Source: Anaerovorax odorimutans (GTDB lineage: Bacteria > Bacillota > Clostridia > Peptostreptococcales > JAAYPU01). From it: a stretch of 64,000 nt of DNA. This document shows, in pieces, positions 25,892 to 35,159 of this stretch (its first letter is position 1; every line of letters starts with the position of its first letter). The DNA lies in the NCBI GenBank assembly GCA_016841185.1, contig JAENZQ010000001.1:10364-74363 (forward strand). Reading direction: 5' to 3'. The translations under genes were made by a program, and so were the position numbers. The notes beneath the pieces were generated by a model. That model had not been told where the DNA came from. It did not search any database and was given only the letters and a program-made list of their open reading frames with translations.

Positions 25892-27106
25892 ATGTATCAG
25901 TTAACAATTGAAGACATAGAGCGCAGTAATAGCCTTGCACTTCAACCGGGTCGAACTGCTTTTATTGATGAGTGCGGGAACTTCGGATTTGACTTTGAAG
26001 CTAAGGGAACTTCTGAAGCAGGTGGCCCTTCGCTCTATTATATTGTTTGCGCCGTTGTTGTAAAAAACGAGAATATTAGTGCTCTTGAAATTGAAGCTAA
26101 TAAAATTCGCCAAAATAATGGTTTTCAAACCGGAGAAATGAAATCTAGCTTAATAGGCAATAACCATAAGCGTAGAATAAAGATACTCACTGAATTGCTA
26201 AATCTTGATTTTTCACTGGTTATGCTTATTGCAGATAAACAAAAATTTTATAGGGATTCGCCTCTTACTAATTATAGGGAGTCATTCATAAAGTACCTTC
26301 ATCAAAAACTGTATAATGAAATGTACGCGGCATATCCAAAACTTAAAATCGTTGAGGATGAATATGGATTATCAGAGTTTCAAAAGGGGTATCGTGAATA
26401 TGTTTGTGCTAACAGACCACAACTAAACCTACTTAACGAATATGATTTTGATTATGTCAACAGTAAACATAGTCCGATAGTACAAATTGCAGATATTATT
26501 GCAGGTTCAACCATGCAGCACCTTTTAGACAATAAGGCTCCAAATGTCTTGAAAATATTCCAAGGCAAAATTAGGGGGCTTGTCAATTTTCCAAGCACAT
26601 ATTCTTCCTTCCTTGCAGGAATTAAGGCAGATAAAAGCTTTGACGAAAATATATATGTGTTAGCCGACCATTGTGCAACTCAATATATAGACTCTCATAT
26701 AGATACCGATGAAACAGATACAAGGATGCGTGTTTTGTTCTTAAAGCATTTGCTATGGGTAGTTCGTAATATTAATCCCCGTAAATATATTTCATCGGGC
26801 GAAATTATCAAGGTTCTATCCGACCTTTCTGATAGTAAGGTTCGTCGTGACTATTTATACCGAAGAATAATTGCTCCTTTGCGCGATGCTGGCGTAATTA
26901 TAGCCAGTTGTTCTCATGGCTATAAAATACCTACGTGTATTGATGATATCTATACGTATGTAAACCAAACAAATGGCATTGTTGGCCCTATGCTCAATCG
27001 TGTTGAAAAATGCAGACAACTTATTCTTTCTCAAACTGACGGTTCTCTTGATATTTTTGACGATCCTGCCCTAAAAAAATACAAGCGTTATTTCGGAGAT
27101 TATTAA
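25892..27106 (+). CDS. DUF3800 domain protein with winged-helix-like C-terminal region (404 aa)
   Basis: ATG at 25892 (GGGGGG 7 nt upstream). N-terminal ..TAFIDECGNFGF.. and later ..VQIADIIAGS.. match the two conserved DUF3800 motifs as I remember them. The C-terminus ..SSGEIIKVLSDLSDSKVRRDYLYRRIIAPLRDAGVIIASCSHGYKIP.. looks like a wHTH. Confidence 0.7.
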   Translation: MYQLTIEDIERSNSLALQPGRTAFIDECGNFGFDFEAKGTSEAGGPSLYYIVCAVVVKNENISALEIEANKIRQNNGFQTGEMKSSLIGNNHKRRIKILTELLNLDFSLVMLIADKQKFYRDSPLTNYRESFIKYLHQKLYNEMYAAYPKLKIVEDEYGLSEFQKGYREYVCANRPQLNLLNEYDFDYVNSKHSPIVQIADIIAGSTMQHLLDNKAPNVLKIFQGKIRGLVNFPSTYSSFLAGIKADKSFDENIYVLADHCATQYIDSHIDTDETDTRMRVLFLKHLLWVVRNINPRKYISSGEIIKVLSDLSDSKVRRDYLYRRIIAPLRDAGVIIASCSHGYKIPTCIDDIYTYVNQTNGIVGPMLNRVEKCRQLILSQTDGSLDIFDDPALKKYKRYFGDY

Positions 27107-27414
27107 CGGAACTTGCTGGACAATTTTTCTATTGTTTTTTATCATTTTTGCCTTATAATGAAGGAAAATGTCTAGCCGCTAAAATAAATACTATGAATTT
27201 TTTCTTCCAGGTAACACACATCTATCCTGTATTCTCAACCCCCCGTAAAAAAGGCGGTTATCTAATCTGGTAACTCAACTATAAATTTTCAAGGTTTTTG
27301 ATATGTTCCCACAAACAATAAAATAAAGGCTTCCTGACATTACCACAACTGGTAGATCGATTTTGAGAAAAGTTAAATGTCTGGAAACCCTTTATTTACA
27401 AGCTTTTTAGTTCT

Positions 27415-28779
27415 TCATTTCTTAACCCTTGACATCAATACTACCGTCTCCACGTGCACCGTATACGGAAACATATCCACCGGCTGTACTTCTTTTGTCA
27501 TATATCCATTTGCTTCAAGGTATTTCAGGTCGCGGGCAAGGGTAGAGGGGTTGCAGGAGACATAGACGATCCTTTCCGGCTGCATTTCAGTCATGGTAGT
27601 CAAAAGTTTTTCATCGCAGCCTTTTCGGGGCGGGTCTACTACTACCACGTCTGCTTTATAACCTTTTTTATATAGTTCCGGAACGACTTCTTCAGCTTTT
27701 CCAACGTGAAATTCGGTATTCTCGATATGATTAATCTCTGCATTTCTTTGAGCATCTTCCACTGCCTGCTGCACGGTTTCTACTCCTATGACTTTTTCGG
27801 CCTTCTTGGCAAGAAATAAGGAAATGGTGCCGATGCCGCAGTATAAATCAAATACGGTTTCATTGCCTGAAAGTTGTGCGTATTCCAAGGCTTTGTTATA
27901 AAGCTGTTCCATTTGTACAGGATTCACCTGATAGAATGATAACGGTGATATTTGAAATCGAACATCGGCGATACTGTCTATTATGTAACCTTTGCCGTGT
28001 AGCGTTATGTTTTTATCCCCCAGTATCACATTTGATTTCTTTGTATTGATGTTCTGCACCAATGTTGTGATTTCAGGCAGTTTTTTATTTATATTTTCAA
28101 TCATTTCATCTTTATTAGGTAGATGAGTTCCGTTAACAACAAGGATGAGCATGAATTCTTTGCTGTTTACACCTATTCTTGTGACGATATGTCTTAATAA
28201 TCCTTTTCCTGTCTTTTCGTTATATATAGAGAGCTTGAATTTCTTTATAATATGTTTTATTTCTTTAATAATCTTATCGTTTATCTCATGCTGAATCATA
28301 CAGGTATCGCATTGTATGATGTCGTGGCTTTTCTTCCGATAAAAGCCTATTTCTATTTGTCCATTTTTATCTGTCAGGGGAAATTGGGCTTTATTGCGGT
28401 ATCTTTCAGGAGAGTCCATTCCAATGACATCATGGATTTGTACCTCATGCAGGCCGCCGATTCGCCGGAGGTTGTCCGATACTATTTTTTTCTTTATTTC
28501 CAGTTGTTTTTTATAAGAAATGTTTTGTATCTGGCAACCGCCGCATTGATTGAATATCGTACATTGGGGATTGACTCTGAAAGGAGAATATTCAAGATAT
28601 TCCACTACTTTTCCTATGCCATAATTTTTCTTTAAAGTTATGACTTCAATCTTTACTTTATCGCCGATAACCGTTTCTTCCACAAATATTGTGAATCCGT
28701 CTATTTTTCCGATTCCTTCTCCGCTGTGTCCCATGTCGATGATTTCTATTTCGTATGTTTGATTAAACTTTATGTCCAT
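27415..28779 (-). CDS. rlmD: 23S rRNA (uracil-C5)-methyltransferase, RumA/RlmD (TrmA) family
   Basis: Start set to ATG at 28779 (AGGAG RBS). N-terminal TRAM-like domain, Fe-S Cys cluster ..CTIFNQCGGCQIQN.., SAM motif ..VFDLYCGIGTISL.., C-terminal ..YVSCNPSTLARDL... Confidence 0.9.
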   Translation of the reverse strand: MDIKFNQTYEIEIIDMGHSGEGIGKIDGFTIFVEETVIGDKVKIEVITLKKNYGIGKVVEYLEYSPFRVNPQCTIFNQCGGCQIQNISYKKQLEIKKKIVSDNLRRIGGLHEVQIHDVIGMDSPERYRNKAQFPLTDKNGQIEIGFYRKKSHDIIQCDTCMIQHEINDKIIKEIKHIIKKFKLSIYNEKTGKGLLRHIVTRIGVNSKEFMLILVVNGTHLPNKDEMIENINKKLPEITTLVQNINTKKSNVILGDKNITLHGKGYIIDSIADVRFQISPLSFYQVNPVQMEQLYNKALEYAQLSGNETVFDLYCGIGTISLFLAKKAEKVIGVETVQQAVEDAQRNAEINHIENTEFHVGKAEEVVPELYKKGYKADVVVVDPPRKGCDEKLLTTMTEMQPERIVYVSCNPSTLARDLKYLEANGYMTKEVQPVDMFPYTVHVETVVLMSRVKK

Positions 28780-28955
28780 TTTATTCTCCTGTTCAGTTAT
28801 TGGTTTCCGGTGACTACAGGTTGCTCTGCTGCGCTCATAAAGACAAGAAAACAAATCGCCGCGTCGGGAGGTTTTCGCGATGACAAGCAAATGATTTCTG
28901 CTCTGCGTTCGCAATGGCAACGAAAAAGATCATGGGCAGGCACAGAGACCGCCCC

Positions 28956-29702
28956 CTACAGATCGAATATTTCTCTTAGATTGACGCTTAGCCCTTCAAA
29001 ATAATAAGACTGGAGTGTATCATGCCCCTTGTAGGTAGAAAATTCTTCGATTTTACGATCCTCAAATTTGTAAACGAGCATTATCTTTTTCTGGCGATCG
29101 GCAATCCAGAATTCTTTGACACCTGATAACATATAGGTATTTAATTTGTCCACCATGTCTTTGGATCTTGTACTGGGTGATAGAATCTCTACAACAAGAG
29201 TAGGCGTCCCCATATAACGTCCTTTTTCGTTGACTGTACCCTCTGTATCGCAGGCAATTAGCAAATCAGGCTGCATGACATCCGGATCTTTAAAGTCCGG
29301 CTTAAAAAAATGTACATCGAAGGGGGCATAAAAGACTTTGCACTTTTTGTCTTTCAAATATTCTGCAAAGATTAAGTGGAGCTTTCCAGAAATCTCCTGA
29401 TGGAAAGTACTTGGGGAAGACAAAAGGATAATTTCTCCATTGATGTATTCCATTCTTAACTCGGTTTTTTCATATATTTCCATGAACTCTTCATAGGATA
29501 CCTTTTTGCCTTGGTATTGATAGTCCAGCGCCTCCTCTTTGACTGTTAAATATCGTTCAATATCTGTTATGTATGGCGAAAGTCTTACAGCCTTTTTTCC
29601 GTTCTTTGTTATGACCACTTCATGGTTGTCAATGACGTAGTCCAGGTACTTACCCAAATTTTTCTTGAATTCCGTAGCTGTAATGGTTTTCTTTAAATTC
29701 AT
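28956..29702 (-). CDS. Fusion protein: Phd/YefM-type antitoxin-like N-terminal domain plus Uma2 (DUF820) PD-(D/E)xK endonuclease-like domain
   Basis: N-terminus MNLKKTITATEFKKNLGKYLDYVIDNHEVVITKNGKKAVRLSPY (Phd/YefM pattern). C-terminal part ..EYINGEIILLSSPSTFHQEISG..QPDLLIACD..LVVEILSPSTRSKD..EFWIAD.. (Uma2 pattern). Confidence 0.65.
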   Translation of the reverse strand: MNLKKTITATEFKKNLGKYLDYVIDNHEVVITKNGKKAVRLSPYITDIERYLTVKEEALDYQYQGKKVSYEEFMEIYEKTELRMEYINGEIILLSSPSTFHQEISGKLHLIFAEYLKDKKCKVFYAPFDVHFFKPDFKDPDVMQPDLLIACDTEGTVNEKGRYMGTPTLVVEILSPSTRSKDMVDKLNTYMLSGVKEFWIADRQKKIMLVYKFEDRKIEEFSTYKGHDTLQSYYFEGLSVNLREIFDL

Positions 29703-29820
29703 TATTCATCACCTCGTACGATCATTGTACCATATCGAACGATATTTTACCAAAAAAATATTTTCGTACGATTGAATTGAAAAACTTCTTGTGATGATAT
29801 AGAACCTCTGACCCCGCTTA

Positions 29821-32577
29821 CTAACCTTCCGTTCCTACTCTTCTTTTTTGTCTTTTAAAATACTTAATGGTTTCATGGGAAATCAAGAATATGAATGCAG
29901 CGCCCAAAACATAAAGCCAGTCCGTTGCATCAAGGGGACCGAAGCCAATAAAAGCATTAAAAAACGGAACATATATAACCAATAGTATCATGATAATCGA
30001 CAGTAATATGGAAAGCAAAAGTTTCTTATTGGTCATAATAGTTCTGCTGAAGAAAGTCTCATAAGTATAACGCCTCGATAAGATGTTGATAAACTGACAA
30101 ACAGCAATAGTCGCATAAGTGACGGTGGTCGCGCGAGGGTATAAAGGATGAATATCGGTCAAATCTATACCAACTCTTGTTTCAAAAAGACCAAAATTCA
30201 CAAATGCCAAAAGACCCATGAAAAATCCTAAAAAGAGGATTTCTATGGTTCTGCTCTTATTCAATATGTGATCTTCCCGTTTTCTTGGCGGCGATGTCAT
30301 GATGTCTTTAGTACTCGGGTCATATGTCAATGCGGTAAGGGGCAGTATTTCCGCCAGCAAATCTATTGACAGGATCTGAATCGCTAAAATCGGGATGGGC
30401 CATTGAAATAATGCCACTCCCAAAAGACCAAGCAACACGACGCTTAATTCTGCCCCATTAGTAGTCATTGAAGCTAATATGGTCTTTTTGAGATTATTAT
30501 ATATGACCCTTCCTTCCCTAATGGCAAAAACCAATGTTGAATAACTGTCATCCAGTATAATCAGCTCCGCGGCTTCTTTTGACACATCTGTTCCGATGCC
30601 GCCCATGGCCACACCGATATGAGCGCTTTTCAGAGCCGGTGCATCATTGACACCGTCTCCGGTAACCGAAACGATCTTATCCTGTTCCTTCAGATTCTTT
30701 ACGATACGCAGTTTATTTTCAGGCGAAACCCTTGAAAAAATCAATGATTCACTTTTATCCATGATCTCTTTAAGTTTTTCATCCGGCATTTTGTCCAGTT
30801 CTTTTCCGGTGATGACTTCCACCGGATCTCCACCCTTTGACAGGGATATCTGCTCACCTATTGCCTGAGCGGTAATAGCATGGTCGCCGGTCATGATGAA
30901 AGTGCGTATATGTGCTTCATGGGCTTTCTCTATAGCCTCCCGCACACCCTCCTTCGGCGGATCGCTCATGACCATAAGCCCTAAAAAGATGACATCTCTT
31001 TCAATGTCCTCCATGACATAATCGGTTTCATCTTCTCTTAATTCTCTGTAAGCAAAGGACAGGACCCTCATGGCTTTCTTTGAATACTGAAGGTTCAACT
31101 CCTCCAGCTGCTTTTTATCTTCTTCGGTTATTTCTGCAGGGCGGCCATCTCTATATATATGTTTACTGATGGACAAAACACTATCCATAGCACCCTTCAT
31201 GGTCAGGAATTTTCGATTGTCAAATTGACGGATGGAGCTCATTCTTTTACGGACTGAATCAAAACTGAATTCATGGAGCTCAGGATTTTCTTTGTCCTCA
31301 TTTGGAGAATGAGTGCCCAGTTTTCTGGATGCTGTTATCAGGGCTGCTTCCGTAGGATCTCCGATAGCATACCAGCCGGAATGATTCTCATCCGGCTCAT
31401 GGATTTTTGCATTGGATGCCATAGTGGCAGCATCTAACATGATCTCGATTTTTTTGATCTGCTCCTCTGAAAGCTCTTTTTTATTTTTATCCAATATGCT
31501 TCCTTCAGGTTCATATCCGATACCGGTCAGTTCATATTCTTCTCCGTCAAACCAGAGGTATTTTACAGTCATTTCATTCTTTGTCAATGTTCCTGTTTTA
31601 TCGGTTGCAATGACATTTGTGGACCCAAGAGTTTCAACGGAAGACAATTTTTTGATAACGGCATTCTTCTTTGCAAGTCTGCCCACACCATTGGATAAGG
31701 CAACGGTCACCTGCATGGGCAGCGCCTGCGGAACAACTGCTACTGCTATTCCCAATCCGTATAGCAATGCAAAATTAACCCCAAGACCCTGCTTGACACT
31801 TATCACAAATAGCGCAGCACCTATCAGAACTGCAAAAATTGCTATTCGGTTTGCAAATACCTGCATTTCCTGCTGGAGGGGTGATTTTGATGTTTTCTCT
31901 TCTTCAGTCATATCTGCGATTCGGCCTAATTCTGTTTCCATGCCGGTTGCTACCACTATCCCTTTCGCATTACCGGTTGCCACAGTCGTTCCCAAATAAG
32001 CCATATTGGTCCTATCTGCCAAGGTCACTTCTTCCTGTATGGCTTTGGATTGCTTCTCCTGAGGCATGGATTCTCCTGTCAGAGAAAAATCATTTGTTCT
32101 GAAATTGAAAGCTTCTATGATGCGTATATCTGCCGGGACTTTGTCGCCTTCCTCCAGATAGATTACATCTCCCGGGACCAGGTCAAATTGACTGACTTCC
32201 TGCAATTCTTTATTTCTGAATGCCTTAGATGGTGATTGTACCAGTTTTTTCAGAGAATCCATAATGTTCTCGGCCTTATTCTCCTGCAGGTATCCAATGA
32301 CAGCATTTATAATAACAATTATCATCATAATAATGGCATCATTGATATTTCCAATCAATAAAGACATGCCTGCCGCTACGATGAGAAGGATGACCAGTAC
32401 ATCTTTTAATTGTGCTAAAAACCTCAGCCATTTCGGCGTCCTCAATTTGGTTTTCAACTCATTTTTTCCATACTGACCAATTCTTCTTTGCGCCTCATCC
32501 TGGCTTAGCCCTGTCTCATCAATTTTCAAGTCCTGCATAACTTCATTGATATTCATCCGATAGTATTGAACCGGCAT
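29821..32577 (-). CDS. Cation-transporting P-type ATPase (Ca2+/P2-type-like)
   Basis: Phosphorylation motif ..ATDKTGTLTKNEM.., TGES (..LTGESMPQEK..), hinge ..VTGDGVNDAPALK... Start uncertain; ATG at 32577 was chosen to avoid overlapping the upstream gene (the ORF extends to 32733). Confidence 0.9.
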   Translation of the reverse strand: MPVQYYRMNINEVMQDLKIDETGLSQDEAQRRIGQYGKNELKTKLRTPKWLRFLAQLKDVLVILLIVAAGMSLLIGNINDAIIMMIIVIINAVIGYLQENKAENIMDSLKKLVQSPSKAFRNKELQEVSQFDLVPGDVIYLEEGDKVPADIRIIEAFNFRTNDFSLTGESMPQEKQSKAIQEEVTLADRTNMAYLGTTVATGNAKGIVVATGMETELGRIADMTEEEKTSKSPLQQEMQVFANRIAIFAVLIGAALFVISVKQGLGVNFALLYGLGIAVAVVPQALPMQVTVALSNGVGRLAKKNAVIKKLSSVETLGSTNVIATDKTGTLTKNEMTVKYLWFDGEEYELTGIGYEPEGSILDKNKKELSEEQIKKIEIMLDAATMASNAKIHEPDENHSGWYAIGDPTEAALITASRKLGTHSPNEDKENPELHEFSFDSVRKRMSSIRQFDNRKFLTMKGAMDSVLSISKHIYRDGRPAEITEEDKKQLEELNLQYSKKAMRVLSFAYRELREDETDYVMEDIERDVIFLGLMVMSDPPKEGVREAIEKAHEAHIRTFIMTGDHAITAQAIGEQISLSKGGDPVEVITGKELDKMPDEKLKEIMDKSESLIFSRVSPENKLRIVKNLKEQDKIVSVTGDGVNDAPALKSAHIGVAMGGIGTDVSKEAAELIILDDSYSTLVFAIREGRVIYNNLKKTILASMTTNGAELSVVLLGLLGVALFQWPIPILAIQILSIDLLAEILPLTALTYDPSTKDIMTSPPRKREDHILNKSRTIEILFLGFFMGLLAFVNFGLFETRVGIDLTDIHPLYPRATTVTYATIAVCQFINILSRRYTYETFFSRTIMTNKKLLLSILLSIIMILLVIYVPFFNAFIGFGPLDATDWLYVLGAAFIFLISHETIKYFKRQKRRVGTEG

Positions 32578-32686
32578 CTGTTCTTTCATCTCCTTCATTC
32601 TTATAAGAATAAAAACATTTTTTAATATCATTATCTTAAAATCAGTACCACCCCATAACAGGTGGCACTGAATTCTGTAATATTTT

Positions 32687-33073
32687 TTATATTCGTCTCT
32701 TATTTTTAAATTCTTTTTCGAACTCTTCAACACATTCTTTCAGCAGAGTCACCATATAAGTCCATGCCATCTCCCCTCCACAGGCAACGGCAACAAATCC
32801 TGCCTCCATTATTTCCTCCTTAGTCGCATCTGCTTCAAATGCTTTGTAAGTATGATAGGCAACGCCATATTCGCTTCTCGCATATGTTGAAATGGCGACA
32901 CAAATCAGTGCTTTTGTCTTGATATCCAATTGCTTTTTTTTATATATTCCTTCCAGCATGTTCACAAAGCCGGTGGTCTCTTTATTATATACCCTTGCTA
33001 AATCATCCTTCCCTTCGGAAAAAGATTTCAGCATATCTCTTATAACTGTATTCAATTGATAACCTCCTTGCAT
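32687..33073 (-). CDS. Carboxymuconolactone decarboxylase (AhpD-like) family protein
   Basis: 128 aa. ..LDIKTKALICVAISTYARSEYGVAYHTYKAFEADATKEEIMEA.. fits the CMD-family pattern. Confidence 0.7.
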   Translation of the reverse strand: MQGGYQLNTVIRDMLKSFSEGKDDLARVYNKETTGFVNMLEGIYKKKQLDIKTKALICVAISTYARSEYGVAYHTYKAFEADATKEEIMEAGFVAVACGGEMAWTYMVTLLKECVEEFEKEFKNKRRI

Positions 33074-33112
33074 CTTGTCTTAGTTTTGACGTAAGGAGAC
33101 AGTTTTATGTAA

Positions 33113-33526
33113 TCAAATACAGTCCTGAAGCGCGGCCCACAGCTCAGGATTTTCTTTTTTCAACTTTACCGGTTTTAGCTTTTTATCCGTTATGGCATGT
33201 TTTGTAAAACCTGTTACCAAAAGCTCTTCCGTTTCTTTTCGAATGACTTCATAACACATGGTGACACTTGCACCTTTCAATTCGCTGACAGATGTTTGAA
33301 CGATAATTTCATCATCATATTGAGCACCCTTTTTATATTTAGCACTGCATTCCACTACCGGCAACATGATTCCTTCTTTTTCCAATCTTGAATAAGGATA
33401 CCCCAGTGCCCGCAAATATTCTGTTCTTCCGGTTTCAAACCACACAAAGTAGTTGGAATGATAAACAACACCCATCTTATCAGTTTCTGCATATCTGACT
33501 CTTAATTCCGTATTCGTTATATACAT
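33113..33526 (-). CDS. Acyl-CoA thioesterase, YbgC/4HBT hotdog family
   Basis: ..RVRYAETDKMGVVYHSNYFVWFETGRTEYLR.. is the canonical 4HBT N-terminal motif. Confidence 0.8.
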   Translation of the reverse strand: MYITNTELRVRYAETDKMGVVYHSNYFVWFETGRTEYLRALGYPYSRLEKEGIMLPVVECSAKYKKGAQYDDEIIVQTSVSELKGASVTMCYEVIRKETEELLVTGFTKHAITDKKLKPVKLKKENPELWAALQDCI

Positions 33527-33636
33527 TTATATACCCCCATTATTAAAAGTTATATATTACTATCAAGTGATATTATACCAGAAAAACTCTTCAAGATATT
33601 CTCCGCAATTACATATCACCTTTTTCTTTAGATTTC

Positions 33637-33663
33637 AAAAGAAGCACCGGCTTTCGGTGCTTC
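33637..33663 (-). terminator. Intrinsic (bidirectional) terminator after the acyl-CoA ligase gene
   Basis: GAAGCACCG-GCTTT-CGGTGCTTC perfect 9-bp stem, flanked by AAAA on the left and TTTT on the right. Confidence 0.75.
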
Positions 33664-33665
33664 TT

Positions 33666-35159
33666 TTAAGCGGTTACAGTTTGCTGTTCTCTAAGTATTC
33701 TTTTGAGTATTTTTCCGGTACTGTTTTTAGGAAGTTCCGAAATAAATTCTACTTTGCGTGGTATTTTATAACCGGCAATGTGTTTTTTCAGGTAATCAAA
33801 TATTTCCTTGGATGTACATTCCTCACCATCTTTGATGACAATAAACGCTTTAGCATATTCCCCTCTCAACTTATCGTCTATCCCTACGACTGCAGCTTCT
33901 TTTACTTTGGGGTGGCGATATATGGCTTCCTCGACTTCCCTTGGATATACATTAAGGCCTCCTACAATAATCAGGTCTTTCTTCCTGTCAACAATATATA
34001 GGTATCCGTCTTCGTCCTTTTTTGCCAAATCACCGGTATACAACCATCCGTTCTTTAATGTTTCTTTTGTCGCTTTCTCCGACTTGAAATATCCTAACAT
34101 AACATTCTCACCACGTACGATAAGTTCTCCTACTTCTCCAACAGGCAATTCTACACCATTTTCATTGACAATTTTACAGTCAACATTTGAAACCGGAAGC
34201 CCGATAGAACCTTCTTTCTTTACTCCGTCTAAAGGGTTAAAGGAAACTATTGGAGATGCTTCCGTCAAGCCGTATCCTTCAACTATGGAGAGGTTTAAAT
34301 TGTTTTTAGCTTTCCGTAGTATTTCTACAGGAAGTGCAGCCCCACCTGAAACAGCCAACCGTAGCTTAGGAAATTTTATGTCGTTCTTGCATGCTTCTAA
34401 TAATATTACATACATAGTCGGAACACCCATAAAAACCGTAATGCCGTCCTGTATTAAAGATTCTATCACTTCTTTAGGCTGAAATTTTTCTAATATTGTG
34501 ATTGTAGCACCGCTTAGAAGCGGGGCCAGAACACAAGTTGTAAATGCAAAAACATGAAACATTGGAAGTACACACATAACATTGTCACTTGCAGTCATTT
34601 GGAATGCAATCCTGCCCTGTTCAGCATTAACAACAAGATTTTTATGCGTCAACATGGCAGCTTTTTGTTTTCCTGTAGTTCCTGAAGTATATAAAAATGT
34701 AGATATTCCATTCTCATCTTTAAATTCTTCAGATACTTCTATCGGCATATTCGAAATAGCTTTCCGGAACTCATCTTCAAGAACAATAACCTTAATGCCT
34801 GTAAGTTCTTGAATTGATTCTCTTGAAAGTTCCATTTTCTGAATAATTGCAGGGTGAATAATCATATGGCTTGCTTCTGAATCCTTTACCAGATAGATAA
34901 TCTCTTCCATCGTAAGCTGCAAATTGATTGGTATTATCACCGCAGCATTTTTCACCACGCCCAGATAGGAATAAATAAACTCAGGAGAATTTGGGCAGCT
35001 TAATATCACTCGTTTACCTGTCTTAATCCCTAATTTTTTTAAATACTTCGCATATCGGTTGACATTTTCATCAAACTGTTGATAAGTAATGCTGTCTTTC
35101 TTAAACTTTATTGCAATAGAATCTGCATCAAAAGACTTTTTGTAAATATTGCCTACCAT
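33666..35159 (-). CDS. AMP-dependent acyl-CoA synthetase/ligase (long-chain-fatty-acid-CoA ligase-like)
   Basis: ATG at 35159 (GGAGG 5 nt upstream). AMP-binding motif ..LYTSGTTGKQKAAMLTH.., ..YGLTEAS.., ..GDLAKKDEDGYLYIVDRKKD... Confidence 0.85.
   Translation of the reverse strand: MVGNIYKKSFDADSIAIKFKKDSITYQQFDENVNRYAKYLKKLGIKTGKRVILSCPNSPEFIYSYLGVVKNAAVIIPINLQLTMEEIIYLVKDSEASHMIIHPAIIQKMELSRESIQELTGIKVIVLEDEFRKAISNMPIEVSEEFKDENGISTFLYTSGTTGKQKAAMLTHKNLVVNAEQGRIAFQMTASDNVMCVLPMFHVFAFTTCVLAPLLSGATITILEKFQPKEVIESLIQDGITVFMGVPTMYVILLEACKNDIKFPKLRLAVSGGAALPVEILRKAKNNLNLSIVEGYGLTEASPIVSFNPLDGVKKEGSIGLPVSNVDCKIVNENGVELPVGEVGELIVRGENVMLGYFKSEKATKETLKNGWLYTGDLAKKDEDGYLYIVDRKKDLIIVGGLNVYPREVEEAIYRHPKVKEAAVVGIDDKLRGEYAKAFIVIKDGEECTSKEIFDYLKKHIAGYKIPRKVEFISELPKNSTGKILKRILREQQTVTA

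Larger units (their letters stand above)
1..27106. mobile_element. Prophage-like mobile element (right-hand portion, truncated by the left window edge) with replication, late-regulation and packaging-initiation genes on the minus strand and an accessory/defence operon on the plus strand at its right end
   Basis: Contiguous phage hallmark genes (SNF2, family A polymerase, Bro/KilAC, primase-helicase, VRR-NUC, sigma/RinA-like regulator, HNH, P27 small terminase, ParB-methyltransferases). Visibly higher GC than the sequence right of 27.4 kb. Ends next to the 3' end of a rumA-type gene. No integrase, TerL or structural genes in the window, so element type and extent are unresolved. Confidence 0.65.

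Noticed and set aside
27107-27414. tRNA gene or obvious att repeat at the element boundary
   Set aside because: By eye I see no cloverleaf-compatible sequence (no T-loop GGTTCRANYC-type motif). The second element end is outside the window, so no att repeat can be called.
28780-28955. N-terminal extension of the rumA-type ORF (track ORF starts at 28920), and the relatively GC-rich 170-nt leader as a possible structured ncRNA
   Set aside because: The extension has no RBS and no similarity to RumA. ATG at 28779 has AGGAG and starts the conserved TRAM domain. I could only find a weak hairpin plus T-rich tract, possibly the terminator of the upstream gene, and no recognisable RNA family.
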